Assembly (NCBI RefSeq): GCF_002087085.1
Contig: NZ_MWQY01000025.1
Coordinates: forward strand, 1 to 52,664
Reading direction: 5' to 3'
DNA: 52,664 nucleotides
The translations under genes were made by a program, and so were the position numbers. This document shows positions 40,737 through 49,861 of this stretch, one piece after another. Below the pieces are notes generated by a model. The model ran no database searches and was not told where the DNA came from. It saw nothing but the letters and a program-made list of their open reading frames with translations. Numbering within the stretch: the stretch's first letter is position 1; the number at the start of each line of letters is the position of its first letter.

Positions 40737-41912
40737 ATGTTGCGCAATCCCTGGATATACATTACGGAAGCGTGTAATCTCAGATGTAAATATTGTTTTA
40801 ATCCCAATAAAGTATTGAGTCGTGCAAACACGATTACATTATCGAACTTCAAACAAATTATTGAGAATATCCTGTTCTATTCTGATATCTCTGAAGATAT
40901 GCCCTTGCGGATTGTTTTATTCGGCGGAGAACCGACCTTATATCCGGAATTGTTGAAGGAATTGATGGACTATGCCTATGGACGGCTTGAAGGGAAGGTT
41001 CAGTTTCATTTAATAACCAACGGGACAAATATAACCGCAGTCGGAGATTGCATGATTGAGTACAGTCAGAAGTCTGCTTTAAGTATACAGCTTTCGATTG
41101 ATGCTGCTCCGGAAAATCTTACGCTAAGGGTCGGAGATGATAAACGACAAATCTATGAAGACTCGTTAAGAAAAACATTTGATTTTCTGCTGGATAACTC
41201 GATCAGGTTTTCTATTCGAGCAACCCTATCCCCGGAACAAGTTGAAGATTTATGGGAGAATTTCAGGTATTTTGTGTCCGTCTATGATGAATCCGACAAA
41301 ATTACATCCAATATAACTTTTTCACCTGATTTTCTTACTGGAAAGTGGAGCGAAGATAATTTCTCTCGTTTAGATGAACAGGTTGATAAAATTGTTTCCT
41401 GTATTACTAATGAATATGTAGAGAAAAAAAGGATCTTACACGAAACAAATACAAAAAGAGCATTTACTAATCTTTACCGGAAAAAAAACAAAACTACACC
41501 ATCGCGGCGTACCTTCTGCGGCTTTTCCAATAATCTGTTTTCAATAGCTCCCAACGGCGATGCATTTGCCTGTCATCGGGTATATGAGAACACGCGTTTA
41601 CAGTTTGGCAATTTTCTTGATGGAACAATCGATATCGCGAAATTCAACGGAATCTATGCTGCATATAACAACGCCCAGTTTATACGACCAAACAAACGAA
41701 TAGGGATAGAGAAGTGCAGTGACTGTGAAATACAATGGAATTGTGCATCTGTATGTCCGGCCGAGAATGCACACAGCACCAGCAGCGCTGAAATCGAGTA
41801 TGAGTGTGATTATGTGATGTACCGTATGCAGAAATCCTTTGCTGTACATGTTGAGAAGTATATGACTTCTCTGCTGGAAGATGAAGAATATAAAAAAAGA
41901 ATGGTTAATTAA
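40737..41912 (+). CDS. Radical SAM/SPASM-domain maturase
   Basis: CNLRCKYC, FGGEPTL, ITNGT, LSIDA; full SPASM motifs C-x12-G-x4-C and Cx2Cx5Cx3Cx16C. Confidence 0.92.
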   Translation: MLRNPWIYITEACNLRCKYCFNPNKVLSRANTITLSNFKQIIENILFYSDISEDMPLRIVLFGGEPTLYPELLKELMDYAYGRLEGKVQFHLITNGTNITAVGDCMIEYSQKSALSIQLSIDAAPENLTLRVGDDKRQIYEDSLRKTFDFLLDNSIRFSIRATLSPEQVEDLWENFRYFVSVYDESDKITSNITFSPDFLTGKWSEDNFSRLDEQVDKIVSCITNEYVEKKRILHETNTKRAFTNLYRKKNKTTPSRRTFCGFSNNLFSIAPNGDAFACHRVYENTRLQFGNFLDGTIDIAKFNGIYAAYNNAQFIRPNKRIGIEKCSDCEIQWNCASVCPAENAHSTSSAEIEYECDYVMYRMQKSFAVHVEKYMTSLLEDEEYKKRMVN

Positions 41913-41924
41913 GGGAAGAGTGAT

Positions 41925-42725
41925 TTGATGGTTATTCAGAAAATAGACTTTCGGACCTTGGATAGGGAAAACATAAAGACAATGGTTACCAGGATCGGGA
42001 ATAACAAAAAACCTGTTTGCAAACATATTCTAATGATATCCGTAGCGCACCCGGCAGATTTAACAGGCTTGGGAACAATATCCGGTCATTTTTTTAGAAA
42101 GATTTTAGAGATCCCGGCAGGACATTTATCTGCTGTTTCCAATGAACAGCTTTCTGGATTCGACGAAAGTGTGATCAACTGCTTCGGCATGGATGACGTC
42201 GCAGAGATATCCAGGAATGATCTATTATTCTCGAATAATGTTATTTCAATTGTATATAAAGGAGACATCTCTTCTGCTGAAGCGGTCGTCACCGTTCTTG
42301 ATACTTTCGAGCACAAACCCATCAAATCTCTGATAATTGAATCGGAGAAGGTCTGCCGGGACCACAGCGATAAACAGAAATGTATAGAGAATATCTTGAA
42401 AAAAAAGGATTGGCTATCAACTATCGATTTTCAATGCTGGTATCTGAACGAACTGGTTCCGGCAAAATGTGTCTTCCTGGAACAGGCTGACCTGGAAGTG
42501 TTTATCAATGGTGAACGTGCTGTTTGCCCACGCCTAACAGATGAAGGTTTTGTGCACATCACTAAATCTGAAGTCGACACGTTAAAACGCAAGCTTATTG
42601 TAGCACGACTGGAACAGTATTTGATGATGCAAAAAAGGTTTTCGTGCATAGAGTGCCGTAAGGTATTTGGCACGGTATCTCATACGATGCCAGTAAATTT
42701 AAAGGAGTGTATTTATGAAAAATGA
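41925..42725 (+). CDS. Hypothetical protein with twitch/SPASM-like Cys motif, no CxxxCxxC
   Basis: C-x13-G-x4-C (CVFLEQADLEVFINGERAVC) and a later CIEC; overlaps the Rhs start. Confidence 0.6.
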   Translation: MMVIQKIDFRTLDRENIKTMVTRIGNNKKPVCKHILMISVAHPADLTGLGTISGHFFRKILEIPAGHLSAVSNEQLSGFDESVINCFGMDDVAEISRNDLLFSNNVISIVYKGDISSAEAVVTVLDTFEHKPIKSLIIESEKVCRDHSDKQKCIENILKKKDWLSTIDFQCWYLNELVPAKCVFLEQADLEVFINGERAVCPRLTDEGFVHITKSEVDTLKRKLIVARLEQYLMMQKRFSCIECRKVFGTVSHTMPVNLKECIYEK

Positions 42726-45700
42726 AAAGGAATCATCGGATAAAAGTCAGGATATCGATCAGAATATTGACAGACGAGAGTTTCTATCCATTAGTCTAAA
42801 GACGATACTCGGTTCCTCTGTTGGCATTGCATCGTTTATTTCAACAAAAGATACGTTATATGCAGATGATAGAGGCTGCGCTGACTACTGCGGAGGAGAT
42901 TGTATTACCTATGGGAGCGGAGGATGTACGTGTGATGGGGATGATGACAGTTGCAATGACAGTTGTGATGATTGTTCTTCCGACTATTCAGAAGAAATAG
43001 CCGAAGCTCAAGAAGCCATAGCCGCTGCGGAAGAGAAAATTGAAGACGCACAGGCGGCTTATGACGAGGCGATCGCCGCCGGTGATGAAAGGGCTGTGCA
43101 GGCAGCGCGGGATGAAATCCGGGCAGCTGAGGCTTCCCGGGAAGAAGCCGCTGAACGGGTAAGCGAAGCAGAGGCAAAGCAACGGGAAGCCAAGGAAGCC
43201 GCCGCACAGTTTCGGGCAAAATTGGCTCAGACCCAGAACCAGGCTAACAGTACCGTTACCGGCGATCCGGTACGTATAGCCACAGGGGTGTTCCATACGG
43301 AAGTAACTGACCTGTCAATACCGTATCTCGGTTCAAACATTACCTTGCAGCGTCAGTATGAAAGCGATAAAACCTACGGTAAATCTTTCGGTACCGGCTG
43401 GAACTTCTCTTACGATACCCGCATCATCCTTGGTGTGGACCCTGATGCTGCTGAAACTGCGGAACTACTGACAGGATTCGCCGAAACTCAGCGCAGCGAC
43501 TACTATCAGAGGCAAACCGGTCTTGCTGGCGCAACAAGCTCCATGAACACGGCCAAAACAAAGGTCGATGCCGCCCAGGCTACGATTGCGGCTGCACTGC
43601 AGTCAGCCCAGACCGCCCTGGCCAAGGCTCGAGCATCCCACAGCTCATCGCTTATTGCACAGGCCCAGGCGCTGGTGAATCAGATTTCCGGTTCCGGTGG
43701 CTTGACCGGCCAGGCGGCTGAGGTTGAAACCAGGGTCGATGCTGTTTTGACCGAGCTTGCCGATTCAGACGCGACTCTGGAAGAGCTGGATACGCTATGC
43801 GTGGAGCTGGAGAATCTTGCATCGGATGCTAACGACAGAAACGACTATGCAAGTGCAGCTGCGGAACGAAACCTCTACGTAACCGACGGAAACGAACCGC
43901 CTTCCTTTCTCAATACCGGCAACGGTACCTGCACCTGGGTGGATCAAAGTGGAGTTCCCCATTATTACACTCTTGACAAGGCTCCGGACTACAGTAGTGA
44001 TGTACAGTATACGGATGGCAGCAGAAATTACTTTCCCCAGGGCGCCCTCGGCATCCCCCAGCTGCCTATCGATGACGTGTTGCATCTGAACTCACACGGA
44101 ACATGGACCCTTGTGCGCAAGGACCTGCATCATTTTGAGTTTTCGTTTCTCGGGTTGCTCAGCTCGATCAGTGACGCCAACAATAATCAGCTTGCATGTA
44201 CGTACAGCAAGGGTTTGCTGTCCGTGATAAATGATGATTTTGGGAGAACGATCAGGATAACACGGAGCGGAAAAAAGATCTCTGCAATAATATCACCCGA
44301 AGGGTATTCCATCAGTTTTAGCTATAACCTCGACGGAATGCTTGCATCCGTTACCGACCCTGAGGGCGATACTATATCCTACGAATACGACGGTTCGCTT
44401 CTTACCGCTATTGTCAAACCGGATGGCAAACGACGGCGATATATCTATGAATCCCTGTCCGGGACCATGGTTGTTAGCCAGGCAATCGATGAAGAGGGCA
44501 TGAGCGAATATTTCCGCTATTACCCTGCTTCCGGCTACAGCGAATATGAAAACGCTTCCGGTATTGTTGAACGACACTACTACAACGAGCGCAAGCTGGA
44601 AACAAAGGTCGAATACGGTGACGGCGGGACCATCTCCATGGAGTATGATGAGAACAACAACCTGATCAAGCGTACCAACGAGGTCGGTGAAACCTATCAT
44701 TTTACCTATGACGGGCGACGTAACCTGATTGAGTCGATTGACCCACAGGGTCATGCCCAAAAATGGACCTATAACGACATAGACAAGGTAAGCTCCTATA
44801 CTGATCGCCTGGGACGGACTACCGGCTATACCTACGATTCGAAAGGCAATCTTATCGTGCAAGAACTCCCCGACGGCGCTGAAATACATTACGAATATAA
44901 TGATCGAGGACAACGTACCAAAACCACCGACCCCCGCGGCAATTCAACCCTGTTCAGGTATGATTCCCATGGCTACCCGGCATCGGAAACAAGCCCCGAC
45001 GGTACAGTTCGCCGTTTTAAGAACGACCTAACCGGGAATATCCTGGAAGTCACCGATCAGGCAGGATATACAACCACCTATACCTACCGCAAAGACAAAA
45101 AGCTGGTTTGCCTGACCGATCCGGAAGGCAACACTGAAACCTACGAGTACAACAAGCGTAAAGACCTTGTAGCCAAAACCGACAAACGCGGCAATCGTAC
45201 AGAGTTTACTTACGATGGACGGCATCTATTGATCAAGGCAACCAACCCCCTGGGGGAAACCGCAGAGTACAGCTATCGGGCCGACGGCAGGATGATACAA
45301 AAACTCATCGATAAAAAAAGCACCACCAGCTACACTTATGATTCCCGCGGCAACCTGGCCTCCGTAACGCAGCTGGAAACCAACAGCACCGTCCGTTACG
45401 AATATGACGCAGCCCAGCGCCTTACCAAAGTAACCGACCCTAACGGAAACGCAACCTGGTACGACTACACCCTGCTCGGCGATATCGCCAGAGAGGAAAA
45501 CGCCCTGGGTAACATCCGAAGTTTTACCTACGACGCTGAACAAAACCGTACCTACCAGACCGACTTTGCCGGAAACACAACAGAATACCGCTATGATGTC
45601 CGTAACCGCCTGACCGAGTTAATCGACCCCGACAACAAACGGGAACAGTATACATATGACCTAACCGGCAACCGCACCGCGGTAATCGACAAGAACGGCA

Positions 45701-48700
45701 ACACTACGGTTTTCGAATACGACGCCCTGAACCGGCTTATCAAACAGACCGATCCCTTGAACAACACAATCAGGTATGAGTATGAGCCCAGAGGCTTGGT
45801 GAGCAAGCGGACCGACCGGAACGGCGGAACCGTTCTGTTTGCCTACAACTCCCTCGGCACAATCGTAACCGCCACCGACCCTGCAGGCAACACAATCGAA
45901 ACCACCTACAACGAGACCTCCCAGCCCCGTACCCGGAAAGACCGGAACGGTAACATTACAGCTTTCGAATATGACTCCTTAAACCGTCTGATTATAACCC
46001 GCGACCCCTACGGCCACGAAACCAGGCGCAGCTACAATTACCTCGGCCTTGTCGCCGCCATAACCGACCCCCTGGGCAACACCCGTACTTTCGACCATGA
46101 CCCTGCAGGCCGCCTGGTAAAGACAACTGACCCCTTAGGTGGAACGAAACAGTATACGTACGACCCTGCCGGCAACCTTATTTCGTACCAGGATGAAATG
46201 AAGCGGGAAACCGGCTATACCTACGATCAACTCAATCGACTGAAAAGCAGCACCAATGCCCTGGGAGAAAATTACAGCTACACCTACGATGTTAACGGCA
46301 ACCTCATAAGGGAAACCGACCCGGAAGGCAGCGCCTACCAGTATGAATATGACAAACTGAACCGTCTGAAAAAAGAGATAAACCGCCTGGGCGCAGCACA
46401 AACCTACACCCGGGACCCGGTCGGGAACCTGCTGAGCAAAACAGACTTCAACGGAGATCTCACCGCCTATACCTACGACCCGGTAGACCGCCTAATAAAC
46501 ACAAGCTTTGCAGACGGCAGTACCAAAATCTACAGCTATGATGCTGAGGGCAACCTTACCTCAGCCGAGAACCCAGAAAAGCAGCTGGCCTTCAGCTATG
46601 ACCCGGTAAACCGCCTGAGTGAAGTCTATGACTCCAGCGTCGACGACACCGTACGCTACACCTATGATGCCGAAGGCAATCGCCTCTCCACTCACTGGAA
46701 CGAGGGCAACCGCACCATAAACCGCAGCTACGGTAAAGCCAACGAACTGTTAACCGTAACCGATCCCGACGGCACCACCACCGCTTTTACCTACGATGCC
46801 CTGCTGCGGGAAACCGAATGCAAACGTCCGAACGACGTGGTAACAGAAACAGTCTACGACCCTGCAGGAAGGATAACCAGCATAAAGAACTTCGAAGACA
46901 AACACTGGCGGGATACCCTCTTAAGCTCGTTTGCCTACCTCTACAACGCTGCCGGGGAACGTAGGCATCAGATAGATGAAGAGGGGAACATCGAAACTTA
47001 CCAGTACGATGCAGTGGGACGCATTGCCGAAGCTCAGTATCCGTTCAACAGCGGAAAACCTGCCGAAGACTTTGATCAGCGCCTGCGTTTCGGCCTCTAT
47101 CCTGAAGAGGGGAGTAGTAGCTCTCATAACCACGGACATGGACACCACAACGACGAGCGTTACACCTTCAACCTGCCCCGAACCCCGGACAACGACTTTA
47201 TCAACAAGCTCAAAGATATTGCCGAACCCCAGGAAGAGGTCTTCCGGTACTACCGGAAAAAGAAAAAGGATTACCACCCGCGATGGCGCATTCAGCCCGG
47301 TGACGGTGCAACCCGGTTTGCCGCGCGGCTGTCTCTGGATCAAACTTCGCGGGAACAACTCCGAACAGCCTATCAGGACCTGACCGGCAGCCGCAGGCAC
47401 TTCGACGCAGACCCGTGGGTATGGACTGAAAACTTTACCTACGACAGCAGAAACAACCTCACCAGCAAAGCCAACGGCTGGGGAGCCGTACCCTTCAGCT
47501 ACAACGCTGCCAATGAGTTAACACAAGCCGGAGAGAGAACCTACACTCATGATGCCAACGGCAACCTTACCCGGGAAGCCTTAAATGAGGTAAGCGCCGA
47601 CTACAGCTACACCCCGGAGAACCGTATCGAACAGATAGAAACCGAAATTGAAGCCTTCATGAGTCACCACTGCGATGGTGAAACCGGGGTACGCTATACC
47701 TATGATTCCCTGGGACGGCGAAGCTCTCGGACGGCCTATACAACCAAGAGTAATCATGGCTGGCACAACGAGATTGAGTGGAACAAGGAATCGAACCAGA
47801 GTTACCTCTATGACGGTCTGTCTTTCAATGTATTAGCAGAATTAAAAGACACCCAGTTTAGGGTGGACACTCACGGAAGAACTCATCGCCGCACCTCACG
47901 TTACCAGTGGCAACCTGTTAGTGAATACCTCTACGGCAATGGGAGCAGGCTGATCAGTAAAACCGCCTTTGCCACAAACGAACGCTTCGGCAATCGCTAC
48001 CCCCGTCATACCGACACAGACTATTATCTGCAGGATGTGTTGGGATCGGTAGTCGGGATTACCGATGAACGGGGGAACCAGACGGAGGCCTACAGCTTTG
48101 ATGTATGGGGCAACCACTATGATCGACCCAACCAGACAAACAGCACTCATACCGATGCTGGCTGGAATGCGTTGCCGGCCACGTTATTCGGCTTCAACGG
48201 GAAGAAGTTTGATCCGAAGGTCGGACTGTATGATTATGGTTTCAGGGATTATAAGCCTGCCATTAACAGGTGGACCACCATAGACCCAATACGCGCGGGG
48301 AAGAACTGGTACGCCTATGTGGAGAATGATCCGGTGAATTGGGTTGATTTGTGGGGGTTGCTGCCGGAGGTGGGAGGGACTGGTCAGGTTGATGATCCGT
48401 TGGAACGAGCAATTATTGATAATTTAGACTTCGATGAACCTGGTAGCAAGTGTGATGAATTTTGTACCGAAGTTATGGATGATGCAGGCTTGACTCCCAA
48501 TGATTGGCCTGATCCTGATGATTATAAAGTTGGTGAAAACCCTGAAGATATACCTAATTATATTGATCATTATAGTAGTCAGACACAAGATGTACCAAAT
48601 ACTGGTGCAAACGCAGTGATGATGGAAACCGGTCACCCAGCAGAGCATATGGGTATTGTAGATGTTGAAGAGGATGGTTCTATTTCGGGAGCTCATTATA

Positions 48701-48795
48701 GTGGTGGAGAAGTCGAACAATTCGAATATGACAATCAAAATGATTTTGAAGACGCTTTTGTATATGAAGATTTTCATTATCTTCCTTTGGAGTAG
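42715..48795 (+). CDS. Rhs/YD-repeat polymorphic toxin: Tat signal, Cys/Asp-rich segment, coiled coil, DUF6531-like domain, YD repeats, Rhs core, C-terminal toxin
   Basis: DRREFL; GDPVRIATG...FGTGW; many YD/TDPxG repeats; core FNGKKFD..GLYDYGFRDY...RWTTIDP...YAYVENDPVNWVDLWGL; AAGGAG RBS. Confidence 0.95.
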   Translation: MKNEKESSDKSQDIDQNIDRREFLSISLKTILGSSVGIASFISTKDTLYADDRGCADYCGGDCITYGSGGCTCDGDDDSCNDSCDDCSSDYSEEIAEAQEAIAAAEEKIEDAQAAYDEAIAAGDERAVQAARDEIRAAEASREEAAERVSEAEAKQREAKEAAAQFRAKLAQTQNQANSTVTGDPVRIATGVFHTEVTDLSIPYLGSNITLQRQYESDKTYGKSFGTGWNFSYDTRIILGVDPDAAETAELLTGFAETQRSDYYQRQTGLAGATSSMNTAKTKVDAAQATIAAALQSAQTALAKARASHSSSLIAQAQALVNQISGSGGLTGQAAEVETRVDAVLTELADSDATLEELDTLCVELENLASDANDRNDYASAAAERNLYVTDGNEPPSFLNTGNGTCTWVDQSGVPHYYTLDKAPDYSSDVQYTDGSRNYFPQGALGIPQLPIDDVLHLNSHGTWTLVRKDLHHFEFSFLGLLSSISDANNNQLACTYSKGLLSVINDDFGRTIRITRSGKKISAIISPEGYSISFSYNLDGMLASVTDPEGDTISYEYDGSLLTAIVKPDGKRRRYIYESLSGTMVVSQAIDEEGMSEYFRYYPASGYSEYENASGIVERHYYNERKLETKVEYGDGGTISMEYDENNNLIKRTNEVGETYHFTYDGRRNLIESIDPQGHAQKWTYNDIDKVSSYTDRLGRTTGYTYDSKGNLIVQELPDGAEIHYEYNDRGQRTKTTDPRGNSTLFRYDSHGYPASETSPDGTVRRFKNDLTGNILEVTDQAGYTTTYTYRKDKKLVCLTDPEGNTETYEYNKRKDLVAKTDKRGNRTEFTYDGRHLLIKATNPLGETAEYSYRADGRMIQKLIDKKSTTSYTYDSRGNLASVTQLETNSTVRYEYDAAQRLTKVTDPNGNATWYDYTLLGDIAREENALGNIRSFTYDAEQNRTYQTDFAGNTTEYRYDVRNRLTELIDPDNKREQYTYDLTGNRTAVIDKNGNTTVFEYDALNRLIKQTDPLNNTIRYEYEPRGLVSKRTDRNGGTVLFAYNSLGTIVTATDPAGNTIETTYNETSQPRTRKDRNGNITAFEYDSLNRLIITRDPYGHETRRSYNYLGLVAAITDPLGNTRTFDHDPAGRLVKTTDPLGGTKQYTYDPAGNLISYQDEMKRETGYTYDQLNRLKSSTNALGENYSYTYDVNGNLIRETDPEGSAYQYEYDKLNRLKKEINRLGAAQTYTRDPVGNLLSKTDFNGDLTAYTYDPVDRLINTSFADGSTKIYSYDAEGNLTSAENPEKQLAFSYDPVNRLSEVYDSSVDDTVRYTYDAEGNRLSTHWNEGNRTINRSYGKANELLTVTDPDGTTTAFTYDALLRETECKRPNDVVTETVYDPAGRITSIKNFEDKHWRDTLLSSFAYLYNAAGERRHQIDEEGNIETYQYDAVGRIAEAQYPFNSGKPAEDFDQRLRFGLYPEEGSSSSHNHGHGHHNDERYTFNLPRTPDNDFINKLKDIAEPQEEVFRYYRKKKKDYHPRWRIQPGDGATRFAARLSLDQTSREQLRTAYQDLTGSRRHFDADPWVWTENFTYDSRNNLTSKANGWGAVPFSYNAANELTQAGERTYTHDANGNLTREALNEVSADYSYTPENRIEQIETEIEAFMSHHCDGETGVRYTYDSLGRRSSRTAYTTKSNHGWHNEIEWNKESNQSYLYDGLSFNVLAELKDTQFRVDTHGRTHRRTSRYQWQPVSEYLYGNGSRLISKTAFATNERFGNRYPRHTDTDYYLQDVLGSVVGITDERGNQTEAYSFDVWGNHYDRPNQTNSTHTDAGWNALPATLFGFNGKKFDPKVGLYDYGFRDYKPAINRWTTIDPIRAGKNWYAYVENDPVNWVDLWGLLPEVGGTGQVDDPLERAIIDNLDFDEPGSKCDEFCTEVMDDAGLTPNDWPDPDDYKVGENPEDIPNYIDHYSSQTQDVPNTGANAVMMETGHPAEHMGIVDVEEDGSISGAHYSGGEVEQFEYDNQNDFEDAFVYEDFHYLPLE
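45658..46289 (+). repeat. Copy 1 of a ~630-bp near-identical direct repeat (Rhs YD region)
   Basis: Aligns at a constant offset of 4753 to 50411-51042 with scattered substitutions. Confidence 0.9.
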
Positions 48796-48799
48796 ACTT

Positions 48800-49861
48800 A
48801 TGAAAATATGGAAGAGTGCATACATAATTTTAGTTATATTATCCTGTAGCTGTAGTGTTTTCCCTCAAAATGATCTGAGAAGAATAAGATTTGAATTTGA
48901 AAGCTCAACTGGATATTTGAATTCAGATTTAGGGGTTGTTATACCAGCACAGTTTGATTCCGGGACAGATTTCGTCGATGGTATAGCAGTAGTAAAAGAT
49001 GAGAAAGGCTATCATGTAATAAATGAAAAAGGTGAAATTGTTTTTCGTACAGAGGCGGATTACGTTGAAAAACCAAATAATGGAATGATCCTATTTAAAA
49101 TGGATGGAGTATATGGTTTTTATGACTACACTGGTAAAGTAAAACTAGAGGGATATTTGCATGCAAAATCGTTTAGTGAGGATTATGCAATAGTAAGAAC
49201 AACACAAAAAGCATATTATATAAACAAACATGGCGAAGATGTTTTTCCAGATTTGGTTATATCAGGAGGAGGAAATTTTTCTAATGGGTATGCTGTTTTT
49301 TGGGTCAAAACAAATGAGGGCATACAAAAGGGGTTAATAAATAATAGTGGAGAGATTATACTTCCACCAAAGTTTACTATTCTGGGTGAGTTTTCAGATG
49401 GGTTGTGTGAAGCGTCATTTAATGACAAAGTGGGGTACATCGATTTAAGTGGAAGATTCGTTATTCCACCTAAATATAATTATGGTTTCGCTTTTAATCA
49501 AGGAATTGCTGCAGTTCAATATCGTACGTTCGAAAGAAAACAACCGTTCTATCCATTCTGGCGACTTATTAATAAAAGTGGTGATATAGTAAAGGATTTA
49601 TCTGAAGATGTTGTAGTGTTTTCTGATTTTATTGAAAATTATGCAATAATTGGCGTTTTTGACAACACGCGAGAAAAAATGCTATACGGATATTTAAAAA
49701 AAAATGGGGAAACATTAATCAATCCGATATTTGATGACGCTGATGTTTTTCATGATGGCTATGCAGTCATAGAGTACAAAGGTCGTGATGCACTTCTTGA
49801 TAAATTTGGAACAATTATTTATTTGAGGGATATATTAAATCCTCATGTCACTTCGCGGTAA
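48800..49861 (+). CDS. Exported WG-repeat protein, putative cognate immunity protein
   Basis: ATG 4 nt after the toxin stop; signal/lipobox-like MKIWKSAYIILVILSCSC; repeats of GYI(D/N)xxGxxVIxPxF...FSEGxAxV; AT-rich. Confidence 0.82.
   Translation: MKIWKSAYIILVILSCSCSVFPQNDLRRIRFEFESSTGYLNSDLGVVIPAQFDSGTDFVDGIAVVKDEKGYHVINEKGEIVFRTEADYVEKPNNGMILFKMDGVYGFYDYTGKVKLEGYLHAKSFSEDYAIVRTTQKAYYINKHGEDVFPDLVISGGGNFSNGYAVFWVKTNEGIQKGLINNSGEIILPPKFTILGEFSDGLCEASFNDKVGYIDLSGRFVIPPKYNYGFAFNQGIAAVQYRTFERKQPFYPFWRLINKSGDIVKDLSEDVVVFSDFIENYAIIGVFDNTREKMLYGYLKKNGETLINPIFDDADVFHDGYAVIEYKGRDALLDKFGTIIYLRDILNPHVTSR

Noticed and set aside
40737..41912. rSAM as a standard anaerobic sulfatase maturase
   Set aside because: No sulfatase is in the window and I see no CxPxR motif in the Rhs N-terminus. 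Action in trans cannot be excluded.
42715..43900. Rhs as a T6SS (PAAR/VgrG) effector
   Set aside because: No PAAR or prePAAR motif, and no vgrG, hcp or eagR nearby; a twin-arginine signal is present instead.
44300..47000. Periodic motifs (ACCGACCC, TACGAC) as a possible CRISPR array or DNA tandem repeat
   Set aside because: They are degenerate codons of protein-level YD repeats inside an open frame; there are no identical repeats with unique spacers and no cas genes.
48662..48799. ORF-track N-terminal extension of the WG-repeat gene
   Set aside because: It overlaps the toxin tip; ATG 48800 gives a clean signal peptide immediately after the toxin stop.
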